Positions 9,913 through 20,444 of a stretch of DNA of 34,038 nucleotides are shown piece by piece (position 1 is the first letter of the stretch; every line of letters starts with the position of its first letter). The notes under the pieces are model-generated. The model was not told where the DNA came from. It made no database searches and was given only the letters and a program-made list of their open reading frames with translations. The stretch comes from Octopus bimaculoides. Its lineage: Eukaryota. The position numbers and the translations under genes are program-made. The DNA is taken from the NCBI RefSeq assembly GCF_001194135.2, contig NC_068990.1, positions 43,300,416-43,334,453 on the forward strand. The letters are read 5' to 3'.

Positions 9913-10269
9913 CAATAAAATAAGAAGCTTTCTTCGAAAAGTCATGTGAAAAAGTATTTTTGAAATATACTTCTATTATTTAAAAGCATCTTTATTGAGT
10001 CATATTTTTCTTTTCTTTTCTTTTTTTTTTTTGTTTTGGCAGACTTGAAAGTAGGAAGAAGTGAAATGATATGATGATGATGATGATGGGGTGGGGTGTT
10101 AGGAGGAGGAAGAAGAAAGAAGATATGATGATAAGTTGATACTGTCAAACAGTAAAAAGCAAATATTAAAAAAATGCAATTGGAAGTCATAAGTTACAAG
10201 TTAAAATATATAACATGTTCGCATATGATAATAGCAGAGATGCTTAATAAGATACTAGTGAAGTTACTA

Positions 10270-10510
10270 ACAACATCTGCCTGGTTCACTGAGGGCAAAA
10301 ACCATACAAATCCTCAAGATCAAACAAAAGGCAAACCCTAAAAGCTAAAAACCTGCCTTCCTATTGCTTATAAAACCTTAACTGGAATATTATCACAGAG
10401 AATAGGCAAATAACTGAAAACACACAATCTGCTTCCTGAAGAGTAGATGTGACACTACAGAAGTTCATGTGTCTACAAAGATTATTTACTAATAGACAAA
10501 ACCATAGCCA
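10270..10510 (+). pseudogene. R4/Dong-type (RLE) LINE RT N-terminal fragment
   Basis: AWFTEGK/TIQILK..KANPKS*/TCLPIAYKTLTGILSQRIGK*LKTHNLLPEE*..YRSSCVYKDYLLIDKTI resembles W..GRT.LIPK...NYRPITCL..YK.LT...LPEEQKG..GCKDQLLIDK. Confidence 0.75.
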
Positions 10511-10627
10511 GAACTGGAGAAGCTTTAACAATCTGAAGGCTTTAACCTGTGTTCTCCACATATGTTAGATTTGAGATCCAATATGCACTAGATTCGAGAA
10601 AAACTAGCCATGAATAAGGTTGCTCCA

Positions 10628-10820
10628 GTAATGTGTAGATATATTATAGGTGCAGATGTGGTTGTGTGGTCAAAAAGTTTACCTCCCAGCCACATGGCTC
10701 CGGGTTCAGTCCTACTGTGTGGTATCTTGGGCAAGTGTTTCCTACTGTAGCCTTGAGCCAAAGCCAACCAGAACCTTGCGAATGGGTTTGGTAGATAGAA
10801 ACCGAAAGAAATTCATTATG
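10628..10820 (+). mobile_element. SINE-A head and core
   Basis: Collinear with 30033-30195. Confidence 0.85.
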
Positions 10821-10839
10821 TATATCATAATCATCATTA

Positions 10840-11000
10840 TCGTTATTATCAGCATCATTATCATTTAACGTTCCTTTTCCCATGCTGGCATGGATCATAC
10901 AGTTTGACTTGAACAGACAAGCCAGAGGGCTATACCAAGTTTCAATACCTGTTTTGGAAGTTTTTCTGCAGCTGGATGCCTTTCTTAACACCAACCACTT
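10840..11000 (-). mobile_element. RTE LINE 3' tail fragment
   Basis: TTTAACGTTCCTTTTCCCATGCTGGCATGG...CAGCTGGATGCCTTTCTTAACACCAACCACT. Confidence 0.75.
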
Positions 11001-11028
11001 CACAGAGTATATTGGGTATTATATTTTC

Positions 11029-11076
<48 letters not shown>

Positions 11077-11201
11077 CGTGTATATAAGTGTGTGAATGTG
11101 TGTATGTTCATGTCTCCTTGTCATAACATTACATAATAGCTGTAAATAAGTATCACTGTCGTACAAGCAGTGTCATTACTTTTCAATAATCTGAAAAACA
11201 T

Positions 11202-11318
11202 GTCTGGCCATGGGGAAAATACTAGCTTTGCTTGGTATCAGGAAGGGCATTCAGTTGTAGAAGATCTGTCTGTCTCAATAAACTCTATCCAACCCATGCA
11301 AGCATTGAAAAGTGACCT
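11202..11318 (+). mobile_element. SINE-C 3' part with RTE-like tail
   Basis: Homologous to 1728-1845; ends CCAACCCATGCAAGCATTGAAAAG like the RTE tail. Confidence 0.7.
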
Positions 11319-11564
11319 TTTGAGCAGGGTGAGCAGGATGGGCTTCTCAACCTGAAGAAAACTGGACCCCACCTGCAAGGTCATGCACTGTTTATCTTGA
11401 TATAAGATCACCATGTCATGCACATACGGTTGTGATGCATGTGCCTGGTGTACCCTTATCAGACAGGAAGTCATAATGGGTATATTGGGCTTCGTATAAT
11501 TGTACCCCAGTGTCACTTTGATGGTATGTGCTGCTCTCTCACTCAATAACAATAATAATAATCC

Positions 11565-11705
11565 TTTCTATTATAGGAACAAAGCCTGAAATTTTGTGGA
11601 AGGTCAATTACATCAACCATGAAAGTATGCAAAGCAAATGGAATTTGAACTCAGAATATAAAGACAGACAAAATGCTAATGATTCTGCCAACTTGCTGCC
11701 TTTAA
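11565..11705 (-). mobile_element. SINE-B copy 7 (deleted), flanked by AAT repeats
   Basis: CCTTTCTATTATAGG..AAGCCTGAAATTTTG...GGAATTTGAACTCAGAA...TTCTGCCAACTTGCTGCCTT. Confidence 0.75.
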
Positions 11706-12399
11706 TAACAATGGTTATGATGATAATTAGATAAAATGAATCAGTGAGAATTAGAAAAATAGCCAGAAAGGATTGAAAATGAAAATATATTCGTTTATGT
11801 AGTGTACTATTTAGTTTCTTTAAGCAATCATATTTCTTCCATTGTTCTGAAAACAAAAACTGAAGGGTTTATCAAAAAGAAAAGTTTTAGAACTGGTGAT
11901 AAAAACAAATTCAACAAATTCGGAATTACATTATAGTATGAGCTCATTAAATTTATGATATCAAGAATGAAAAAAACTGCATATTGTTACAACAGTTTTT
12001 TATCTCTCATGAATATCAAATCCACCTTGGTGATGGTTTGATAAATTATATTTAAATCACCACAACACTCAGGAATTATAGAAAAAGCACAGGAAATTTG
12101 CTCAGTAACTACAATGTTCCAGGTTTGATCCTACTGCCAGAGACTATGGGAACTTCATTTCATGTTGCAACCAATGGGGGTTACTCAGTGATGAACAGAT
12201 GTCACATTCAGTGGTGGCTGGAGGGAGCTTGTAGTTTAAGTCAGTTAAACACCACCATGGAAACTAGGACTGTCCCCAGCCTAATGGGTTGGGTGGCTTG
12301 AAGCAGACTTTAGCTTATTTCATATGTGTATGTATGTGTATGTATCAATGTATGTGTAAACATATGCCTTTGTATGCATACATTGTATATATGTAAACA

Positions 12400-12548
12400 A
12401 GAGGCTTGCTTTCAAACCATGTTATTTTGGGTTCAGTTTCATTGTGTAGCACCTTAGGTAAGTGTCTTCTACTGTAGCCCCAGGTTGAACAAACCTTACG
12501 AGCAGATTTAGTAGACAGAAACTGAAAGAAGCTTGTCATATGTATGTA

Positions 12549-12579
<31 letters not shown>

Positions 12580-12626
12580 ATGCATGTATGCATATATTTA
12601 TGTATGCATGTATGTATGTATGTCTC

Positions 12627-12722
<96 letters not shown>

Positions 12723-12880
12723 GGTATTTACCAATGTAAAACTGATACATGGCTACTCTATAAATACAGTGATAAAATACAGTACAAGATAGAAATAAAT
12801 ATTGAGGGTTGATATGATCACTTAAAAACCCCCTCAACGGCAGTACTCCAGCATGGCCGTTGTCCAAAGACTAAAAACCA
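12400..12880 (+). mobile_element. SINE-A copy with expanded internal (TG)/(TC)n microsatellite
   Basis: Core at 12400-12540, microsatellite at 12541-12720, degenerate tail ending GTACTCCAGCATGGCC. Confidence 0.7.
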
Positions 12881-13149
12881 CTTAAAATAACAAGAAAAAA
12901 CAATTTCTGTAATGCAAGTGCTTCTCTATTGATCCAGGTTCATAGCTTGGTTTGTACTCAGTAACATATTGTTAATGTAGTCATTAAGCAGTGCTTCTGA
13001 TGTTTACAGCAGTGAACTGATGGTGTTATTGCTGTCATTTAGCCTCAGGTCAGCATTGATTGACCAAACATATGTTCAAAGGCATTCCAGCCATGGCCAT
13101 CCAATCTCATTTACAGGCTTCTATCTATCTATCTATCTANNNNNNNNNN

Positions 13150-13188
<39 letters not shown>

Positions 13189-13496
13189 TATATATATTTC
13201 TATATCTATTTATTTTTCTACTGTAATCTTTGAACAATAATGTCGTTAGCTATAGGTTTCCAATAGGCTAATCATTAATTCACAGCAATTCTGAGGATTT
13301 CTGTTGAGGAAAATGGCAAGGTGATATCTGTAGCCTCATGTATCTCAAAGAAATTAATTCCTAAAGCATTGTTTTTTTTCTTTCTTTCTTTTTTTTGTTG
13401 TATTTACTTAAGTACTTTGCAGTCTCAAATATAATACAACCACCAAATATATCTCCCATCTTTTATCTATTATATGTTTCACTCACTAGACTGTGA

Positions 13497-13680
13497 TCAT
13501 ACTGGGGCACCACCTTGAATGGTTTAGTCGAACTTATCTACCTCAGTACATAGTTTTAGGTCTGGTACTTTTTCTATTAGTCTCTTTAACCAAACTGCTA
13601 TGTTACAGGGATGTAAACAAACCAACACCAGTTGTCGAGCAGTGATGGAGGACAAACACAAAAACAAACACACAAACGAA
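13497..13680 (-). mobile_element. SINE-A 3' half
   Basis: GGGGCACCACCTT..TTTAGTCGAAC...CTAT.TTACAGGGATGTAAACAAACCAACACCAGTTGTC matches 30235-30394 in reverse. Confidence 0.7.
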
Positions 13681-13743
13681 CACACACACACATGCACTAT
13701 ATATATATATACATACATATATATATATGTGTGTATATATTTG

Positions 13744-14630
13744 CAGGGTGCCGTGAATAAACTGTCATCTAAATTACGCAAAAATGAAAATAACACAGAC
13801 ATCTCATTTTAACAGATATATTTACTAAAATTACATAAAAATATCTTGAAATGCCAAAGAGTAAATTTATTCAATAAAATAGTCATTGACTTCAACCGCA
13901 GCCTCCAGACGACTCAACAATCTCCTGCAACTCTTCTGGATGGTCTCCTTATTTAAGTTGGTGAATGCTGCCATAATCCTTGCTTTCAGTTCATCTTTGG
14001 TGTTACAAGGAGATTTGTTGGTCTCTCGCTCAACTGCAACCCCCCACATAATAATCAAGGGTTTGCAGTCTGGAGAGTTAGGTGGCCAGATGTTAGGGGT
14101 GATGTGGTCGCAGACATTGTCTGACAGCCATGACCGGGTTCTCCTGCTTGTATGGCAGGTGCAGAGTCCTGTTACCAGACTTAGGGTCTTTCAACAGCCA
14201 TCCTATTGAGCCAAGGCAGCATTACTTTCTCCAAGCACTTGTTGTAGGTCTCTGTATTGAGGCTGAGGCCGAGTGAAAAGATGAATGAAGGCATAACATC
14301 ATCATCACTAGCGATCACACCAAACACCATGATGTTGACTGGATGCATGAGTTTTATTACTTTCAGTACATGTCCTCAGATTGCACTGTCCTCAGATTGA
14401 CACTCAAACACTGAAATACTCATATTGGAGGTTCCAGTGTGAATGCCAAGCAGTACAGTATGTCATTTCCAAATTTCTGGCAGAGTGAATTGCATCATGG
14501 TGGTGTTTTTCTCACAGAAAGGTGCCCAACTGCTCCTACTATATTTTGTAGTTGACAAAATCCAAAACAAACAAGGCACATGCACAAAACTAAAAATATA
14601 AAATTGTGACAATTTACTCATCGTACCCTG
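13744..14630 (-). mobile_element. Internally deleted DD37D (maT) Tc1/mariner element with both TIRs
   Basis: TIRs CAGGGTGCCGTGAATAAACTGTCA and CAGGGTACGATGAGTAAATTGTCA (19/24 identical), TA on the right and TG on the left. Contains QDSA..WLSDNVCDHITPNIWPPNSPDCKPL...DELKARIMAAFTNLNKETIQKSCRR..SRLEAAVE. Confidence 0.9.
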
Positions 14631-15695
14631 TATAAGTATATATATATAAAATTAAATAAGGTACTCTAATAAATTTGTNNNNNNNNNNNNNNNNNNNNNN
14701 NNNNNNNNNNNNNNNNNNNNNNNNNNNNNNNNNNNNNNNNNNNNNNNNNNNNNNNNNNNNNNNNNNNNNNNNNNNNNNNNNNNNNNNNNNNNNNNNNNNN
14801 NNNNNNNNNNNNNNNNNNNNNNNNNNNNNNNNNNNNNNNNNNNNNNNNNNNNNNNNNNNNNNNNNNNNNNNNNNNNNNNNNNNNNNNNNNNNNNNNNNNN
14901 NNNNNNNNNNNNNNNNNNNNNNNNNNNNNNNNNNNNNNNNNNNNNNNNNNNNNNNNNNNNNNNNNNNNNNNNNNNNNNNNNNNNNNNNNNNNNNNNNNNN
15001 NNNNNNNNNNNNNNNNNNNNNNNNNNNNNNNNNNNNNNNNNNNNNNNNNNNNNNNNNNNNNNNNNNNNNNNNNNNNNNNNNNNNNNNNNNNNNNNNNNNN
15101 NNNNNNNNNNNNNNNNNNNNNNNNNNNNNNNNNNNNNNNNNNNNNNNNNNNNNNNNNNNNNNNNNNNNNNNNNNNNNNNNNNNNNNNNNNNNNNNNNNNN
15201 NNNNNNNNNNNNNNNNNNNNNNNNNNNNNNNNNNNNNNNNNNNNNNNNNNNNNNNNNNNNNNNNNNNNNNNNNATTAAATAATTACTTTTAAACAATAGA
15301 GTATAAAATCCCACTCACCACCTTTGAGCCTAACAGAATTAATATGTCACTGGATGTATAAGCTATGAATATTGCAGCTTGTAGCTACAGGCAATGAAGT
15401 GCATACTTTAGTTGTTAGATGTCTTAGGGCTAATGTTTTCAGTGTCTTCACTTTCAGAAGCCTGTTGCTGCATTTATTTTCTTAATTCACAAGTATGATG
15501 GTACGCATTAATTATAGCCATATTTTTTTTTTTTTTTTGCATTAAATTTGTCATGTTATGCACAGGGAAATATGGTATGATCTATTTAGAAATATATCAG
15601 CAAAAGATCTTCACATTCATACACACGTGCACATGCACAAACACATATACACATATTTACATACATATACATATATATATATATAGATATACATA

Positions 15696-16543
15696 CAGGG
15701 TGTTCATGATAAATTAGACATTTTTGTGTCTCCTTTTTCAGTCTATGGCATTGAAGAGCATAACGATTAAAGTTGTAGTTGAGAAAGAGTTAGCTAACAA
15801 AGAGGTCTGGAAGCCATCTGAATATTGGAAAAAGAGTTACCTGTATCATGATGATTTGCACCAGGTGTCAAATGTCAACATCGTGACTGCTGCTCAATGC
15901 TCTGTAAACACTGTAAATGTTAAGACATGACATGGGCAGCTGCAACAGAGACTATAAAGCCACAGCCAGCAGGCAGGGACTCGGCAGGAAGGGACTCGGC
16001 AGGAAGGGACTCAGCAGGAAGGGACTCAGCAGGAAGGGACTCAGCAGGAAGGGACTCAGCCTGAGGCTCAGTTCAAATGGTTATGTGAAGCTACTCGAGA
16101 CTGTGACCGATTCCTGGTCAGAGAGGGTTGCTGCTGGAAGATCATATGTAAGGCAGCAGGGAGAATTTCTACAACTTCACCGACCCCAATTTCTGGCCTC
16201 CCAATTCCCCTGATCATAATCCCATGGATTACTATGTGTGGGGTGTAATTAAGAAAGACACCAACTGCTCTGCCAGCTACACCAAGACTGAGATGGTGAC
16301 CAAGATCAAAGTGTTTGAAGATCTTTCCAGGGACACAGTGAGAAACGCATGTGCCATGTTCAGGACTGTCTTGAGACCATGCTGAAAGTTGAGGGAAGCT
16401 ACTTTCAGTGAACTGTTGTCTCCCAGTCTTAATTTAGTTGATATTTTATGATTTTTTTAAATACTGTATTTTTAGATTGGATATTATGATTTATGATTTC
16501 TTTTCCTTTTAAACAAACTGTTAAATTTAGCCCAAACACTCCG
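15696..16543 (+). mobile_element. Second internally deleted maT-type element (different subfamily)
   Basis: TA|CAGGGTGTT...AACACTCCG|TA, TIRs 17/25 identical. Contains GYVKLLETV..SWSERVAAGRSYVRQQ and FWPPNSPDHNPMDYYVWGV. Confidence 0.85.
15976..16060 (+). repeat. 15-bp tandem repeat GGGACTC(G/A)GCAGGAA, five full units plus one partial
   Basis: Units start at 15976, 15991, 16006, 16021 and 16036; partial unit at 16051. Confidence 0.95.
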
Positions 16544-16573
16544 TATTTATGTATATGTATATAAATATATACA

Positions 16574-16608
<35 letters not shown>

Positions 16609-16785
16609 AAGAGAGTTTGTATGTGTGTGTGTGCATNNNNNNNNNNTAGTTGATATTTTATGATTTTTTTAAATACTGTATTTTTAGATTGGATATTATG
16701 ATTTATGATTTCTTTTCCTTTTAAACAAACTGTTAAATTTAGCCCAAACACTCCGTATTTATGTATATGTATATAAATATATACA

Positions 16786-16820
<35 letters not shown>

Positions 16821-16848
16821 AAGAGAGTTTGTATGTGTGTGTGTGCAT
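16435..16848. repeat. 202-bp direct duplication across a 10-N gap (probable assembly artefact)
   Basis: 16435-16636 matches 16647-16848. Confidence 0.85.
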
Positions 16849-17478
16849 ATGCATTTTAAAACCGGCTTGCCATTTTTGATATATGGGATGTCAAAAGATT
16901 CAGTAAGCTTTTGGCCACCAACTAAACTACATTTTCATTCACTTATTTGCATTACAAAAGTTTTTAAGATTATCATTTTACTTTTATTCACCTATCATAA
17001 ACGACATCTTTTACCACCACCACCATAACGACGATGACGTCACATTTTTTATATGTGTTCGCACGTTCGTTACGTACGTTAGGCCGATTACTGACAAGTA
17101 TATACGTGTGACAGTGTTTGTGTCTGTCAGTATACATACATTTTTGTGATGACTGACACACACACACACACATCTAAAAACACACACAGAGACAGGCATA
17201 GGCTTAAGGTGTGTGCTAATGTATATCTCTGTGTGTGCGTCTTAGTATATGAATGTGACTTCGCCACCCCACCCACCCAACAGCGAAACGTGCTGATATT
17301 GAAAGTTACAACAACTAGGTTTCATTAGAAAGTGAAAATAGTTTCACACTTTCAGTTTCAACCAAAATTACAATGTTCAATTACGCGACTGACGATGTGT
17401 GAATAATGAAAGTAAAGTTAGTCATATCTGTATTATAATAAATAAAGTTGCTTAGGCGATTTTTCATTTTGACTTGCA

Positions 17479-18048
17479 GAGCTGTCATCTGCGTTTGTTA
17501 ATTTCCCTAAAAAAACTTTTATTCATTTACTTTTGTTTTAAAGTGAAAGAGATGAGAAAATGACAGATGTATGCATGTGCATATGAAATGGACGTGTGTG
17601 AGAGAGAGAGGGAGAGAAAGAGAGAGAGGAAGGAATAATAGAGAGAGAAAGAGGAAAAGAGAGAGGGGAAAGGAGTAAGAGAGAAAGAGGAAGAGAGAGA
17701 GGAAGGGGGTAAGAGAGAGAGAGAAAGAGAGTGGCTGAAGGAGTGTGTTGTCATCAATACATATGGTATACATCTTTTTGTATATAGGTGTGCGTGTGTG
17801 TGAGAGAGAGATGGAGAGAGAGGGAGAGAGAGTGAGTGAGTGAACGTGTGTGTTTTCGTGATTGTTTAAGTGACACTCACTCTCTCTCACACGCACGCAC
17901 ACAAACACACACACATACACACGTCCATTTCATGTACACGTTCATACATTTTTCACTTTCTTCTCTCTTTCACTTCAAATCAAAAGTAAATAAATAAAAA
18001 CTTTTTACGGAAATTAACGAACAAAACAGCTGATCTGGATGACAGTTC
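17479..18048. mobile_element. Foldback/MITE-like element with ~120-130-bp imperfect inverted arms and a microsatellite core
   Basis: 17479-17600 aligns with the reverse complement of 17917-18048. Confidence 0.8.
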
Positions 18049-18626
18049 GTTGACAACTTTGAGAGTTATAAGGAAACATAGCTGCTGCTTATTATCTATC
18101 TACCAAATAAACTATGTTTTTCACTCAACAACTCCTTTTTACAACTAAAATAACCTCGGCAACTACGTGGGTTGCACAATTCTAAGGTCATTTTCGGACA
18201 ATATTTCAATTTGCTTCTAATGTTTCACTTTCATCTTATATTTCACGCATGCATAGAATTCTACTTGGATAAACATTTATGAAAATGTACACATAAATAT
18301 TGTATTAAAATAAGCCACAACCAAAATAATTGCATTAAAAGACATCCATTTCTCTATATGTTATGAGGAAATACAGTCACTCTCTCTCTCTATCTCTCTC
18401 ACGCACAAAAAAGATGTATGCATATGTACTTATGGCGATACACAACTGGTGTTTAGAGTTAGGGTTATGCCGAAAACGGGTGGTGTACATATTTTTTACC
18501 TCCACCCATTTATGTACGTGTATATGAAAGATAATGTGTGTGTGTGTGTGTATGAGAAAGAAAGAGAGAGAGCGAGTGAGTGACACTTACACATACATGC
18601 AAAAATTTCATAATTGACAACCCACA

Positions 18627-18679
<53 letters not shown>

Positions 18680-19485
18680 NNNNNNNNNNNNNNNNNNNNN
18701 NNNNNNNNNNNNNNNNNNNNNNNNNNNNNNNNNNNNNNNNNNNNNNNNNNNNNNNNNNNNNNNNNNNNNNNNNNNNNNNNNNNNNNNNNNNNNNNNNNNN
18801 NNNNNNNNNNNNNNNNNNNNNNNNNNNNNNNNNNNNNNNNNNNNNNNNNNNNNNNNNNNNNNNNNNNNNNNNNNNNNNNNNNNNNNNNNNNNNNNNNNNN
18901 NNNNNNNNNNNNNNNNNNNNNNNNNNNNNNNNNNNNNNNNNNNNNNNNNNNNNNNNNNNNNNNNNNNNNNNNNNNNNNNNNNNNNNNNNNNNNNNNNNNN
19001 NNNNNNNNNNNNNNNNNNNNNNNNNNNNNNNNNNNNNNNNNNNNNNNNNNNNNNNNNNNNNNNNNNNNNNNNNNNNNNNNNNNNNNNNNNNNNNNNNNNN
19101 NGGTAAAACTTCTGTGCAAAATATGTTATTTCTTGCAATATGCATGCGCAAATTTAAAGCTTAGATCCACTTGAAATTATCTTTTTCTATTGTGTAATTT
19201 GTGTTTGCGATGAACATACCTAAATACCTGATCTTCGATATAAATTTAAAAGAAAGTTTTCCCAGAAATCCTGTACTTTACCCCTTCTTTCTAGCATGTC
19301 CAAGGTGACATTTTCGGTCCCTCGCCTTATTTTTTTCCTAAATTTCTTCTGATTCCTATGTTTGCAATACAGGACATTAGGATTTCACCCACAAAACACA
19401 TTCTCAATATTTTAATTTTCTCCCTTACCACACCAAATTCACTTTTTACTTTTTCCAAATATATATATATGTATGTATATATATA

Positions 19486-19730
19486 GGAATTCCAACTATG
19501 TTTCGCTACCTCAACAGCTCCTTTATAGGATCCAGTGGCTAAAGACATCATCAGGAGGCACACGTCCAGTTTCAGCCCCTACTCCTCTACCGTTTTTGAC
19601 AGGGCCCCTCCTTTCGGAGGTACCTTCAGCTCTGGTGTCAAGTGCATTTTTTCTTTCTTCTTCTTTCTTTGACCTTTTTTCTTTGGTTTCTTCGATGCAG
19701 TATCAATGGGGAGAGTCATTCTGTTTCAAT
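19486..19730 (-). mobile_element. Possible Penelope-like pseudo-LTR remnant with a degenerate hammerhead core
   Basis: Minus-strand CTGATGA (19554-19548) ... GCGAAACATAGTTGG; stems poorly preserved. Confidence 0.35.
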
Positions 19731-20024
19731 GTCTTATTAATTATCACACTCACCTGTTCAATTTCCCTTCACTTACTTGTTTTCTTTTTCTAAAATCTTG
19801 CCACTACTTCAATAGTTATTGAGTCTGTCCATTATAAGAGCTGTGTTTTTTTTGTTTGTTTGTTTGTGCACATGTATGTACATCAGCGTGCATGTATGTA
19901 CACATATGCATGTATGTATGTATGTATGTATCTATGTATGTATCTATGTATGTATGTATGTGTGTGTGTGCCTATATATGTATGCATATGTATGTTTGTA
20001 TGTATGTATTTTGGTTTGTGTGTT

Positions 20025-20061
<37 letters not shown>

Positions 20062-20370
20062 TTGTGTGTGGACCTCTGTCTCCTTGTGTATGTGTGTTTA
20101 AATGTGTCTATGTGTATGAGTTTGTGTGACTATGATACTGATACTAGTTCATGACACAGAACTAGAAATGTAGTCTACAGCATAAGGTGCATAGGGGGGA
20201 GGCTTGTAAAGACAAGACTATGACATATATTGGTAAGACACCTAGAAGCATTGCAGAGAGATCTTAATCATTTGCATTATTATTTGCTGCAATATATACA
20301 CATATACATACATGTATGCATGTACGTACACACTCACACACACGCACATGCACGCACATGCACACACACA

Positions 20371-20408
<38 letters not shown>

Positions 20409-20444
20409 CACACACATATTGATGAATAAACCTGTGTAGAGATT

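Noticed and set aside
10010-10075. Strong pyrimidine tract plus CAG acceptor
   Set aside because: All frames stop within 11 codons and there is no good donor.
16435-16848. Tandem 202-bp duplication as a biological event
   Set aside because: Matching copies meet exactly at a 10-N placeholder gap, typical of unmerged contig overlap.
19579-19719. Lys-rich minus-strand mini-ORF MTLPIDTASKKPKKKGQRKKKKEK...
   Set aside because: 46 codons driven by a purine-rich tract, with no recognisable homology or splice support.
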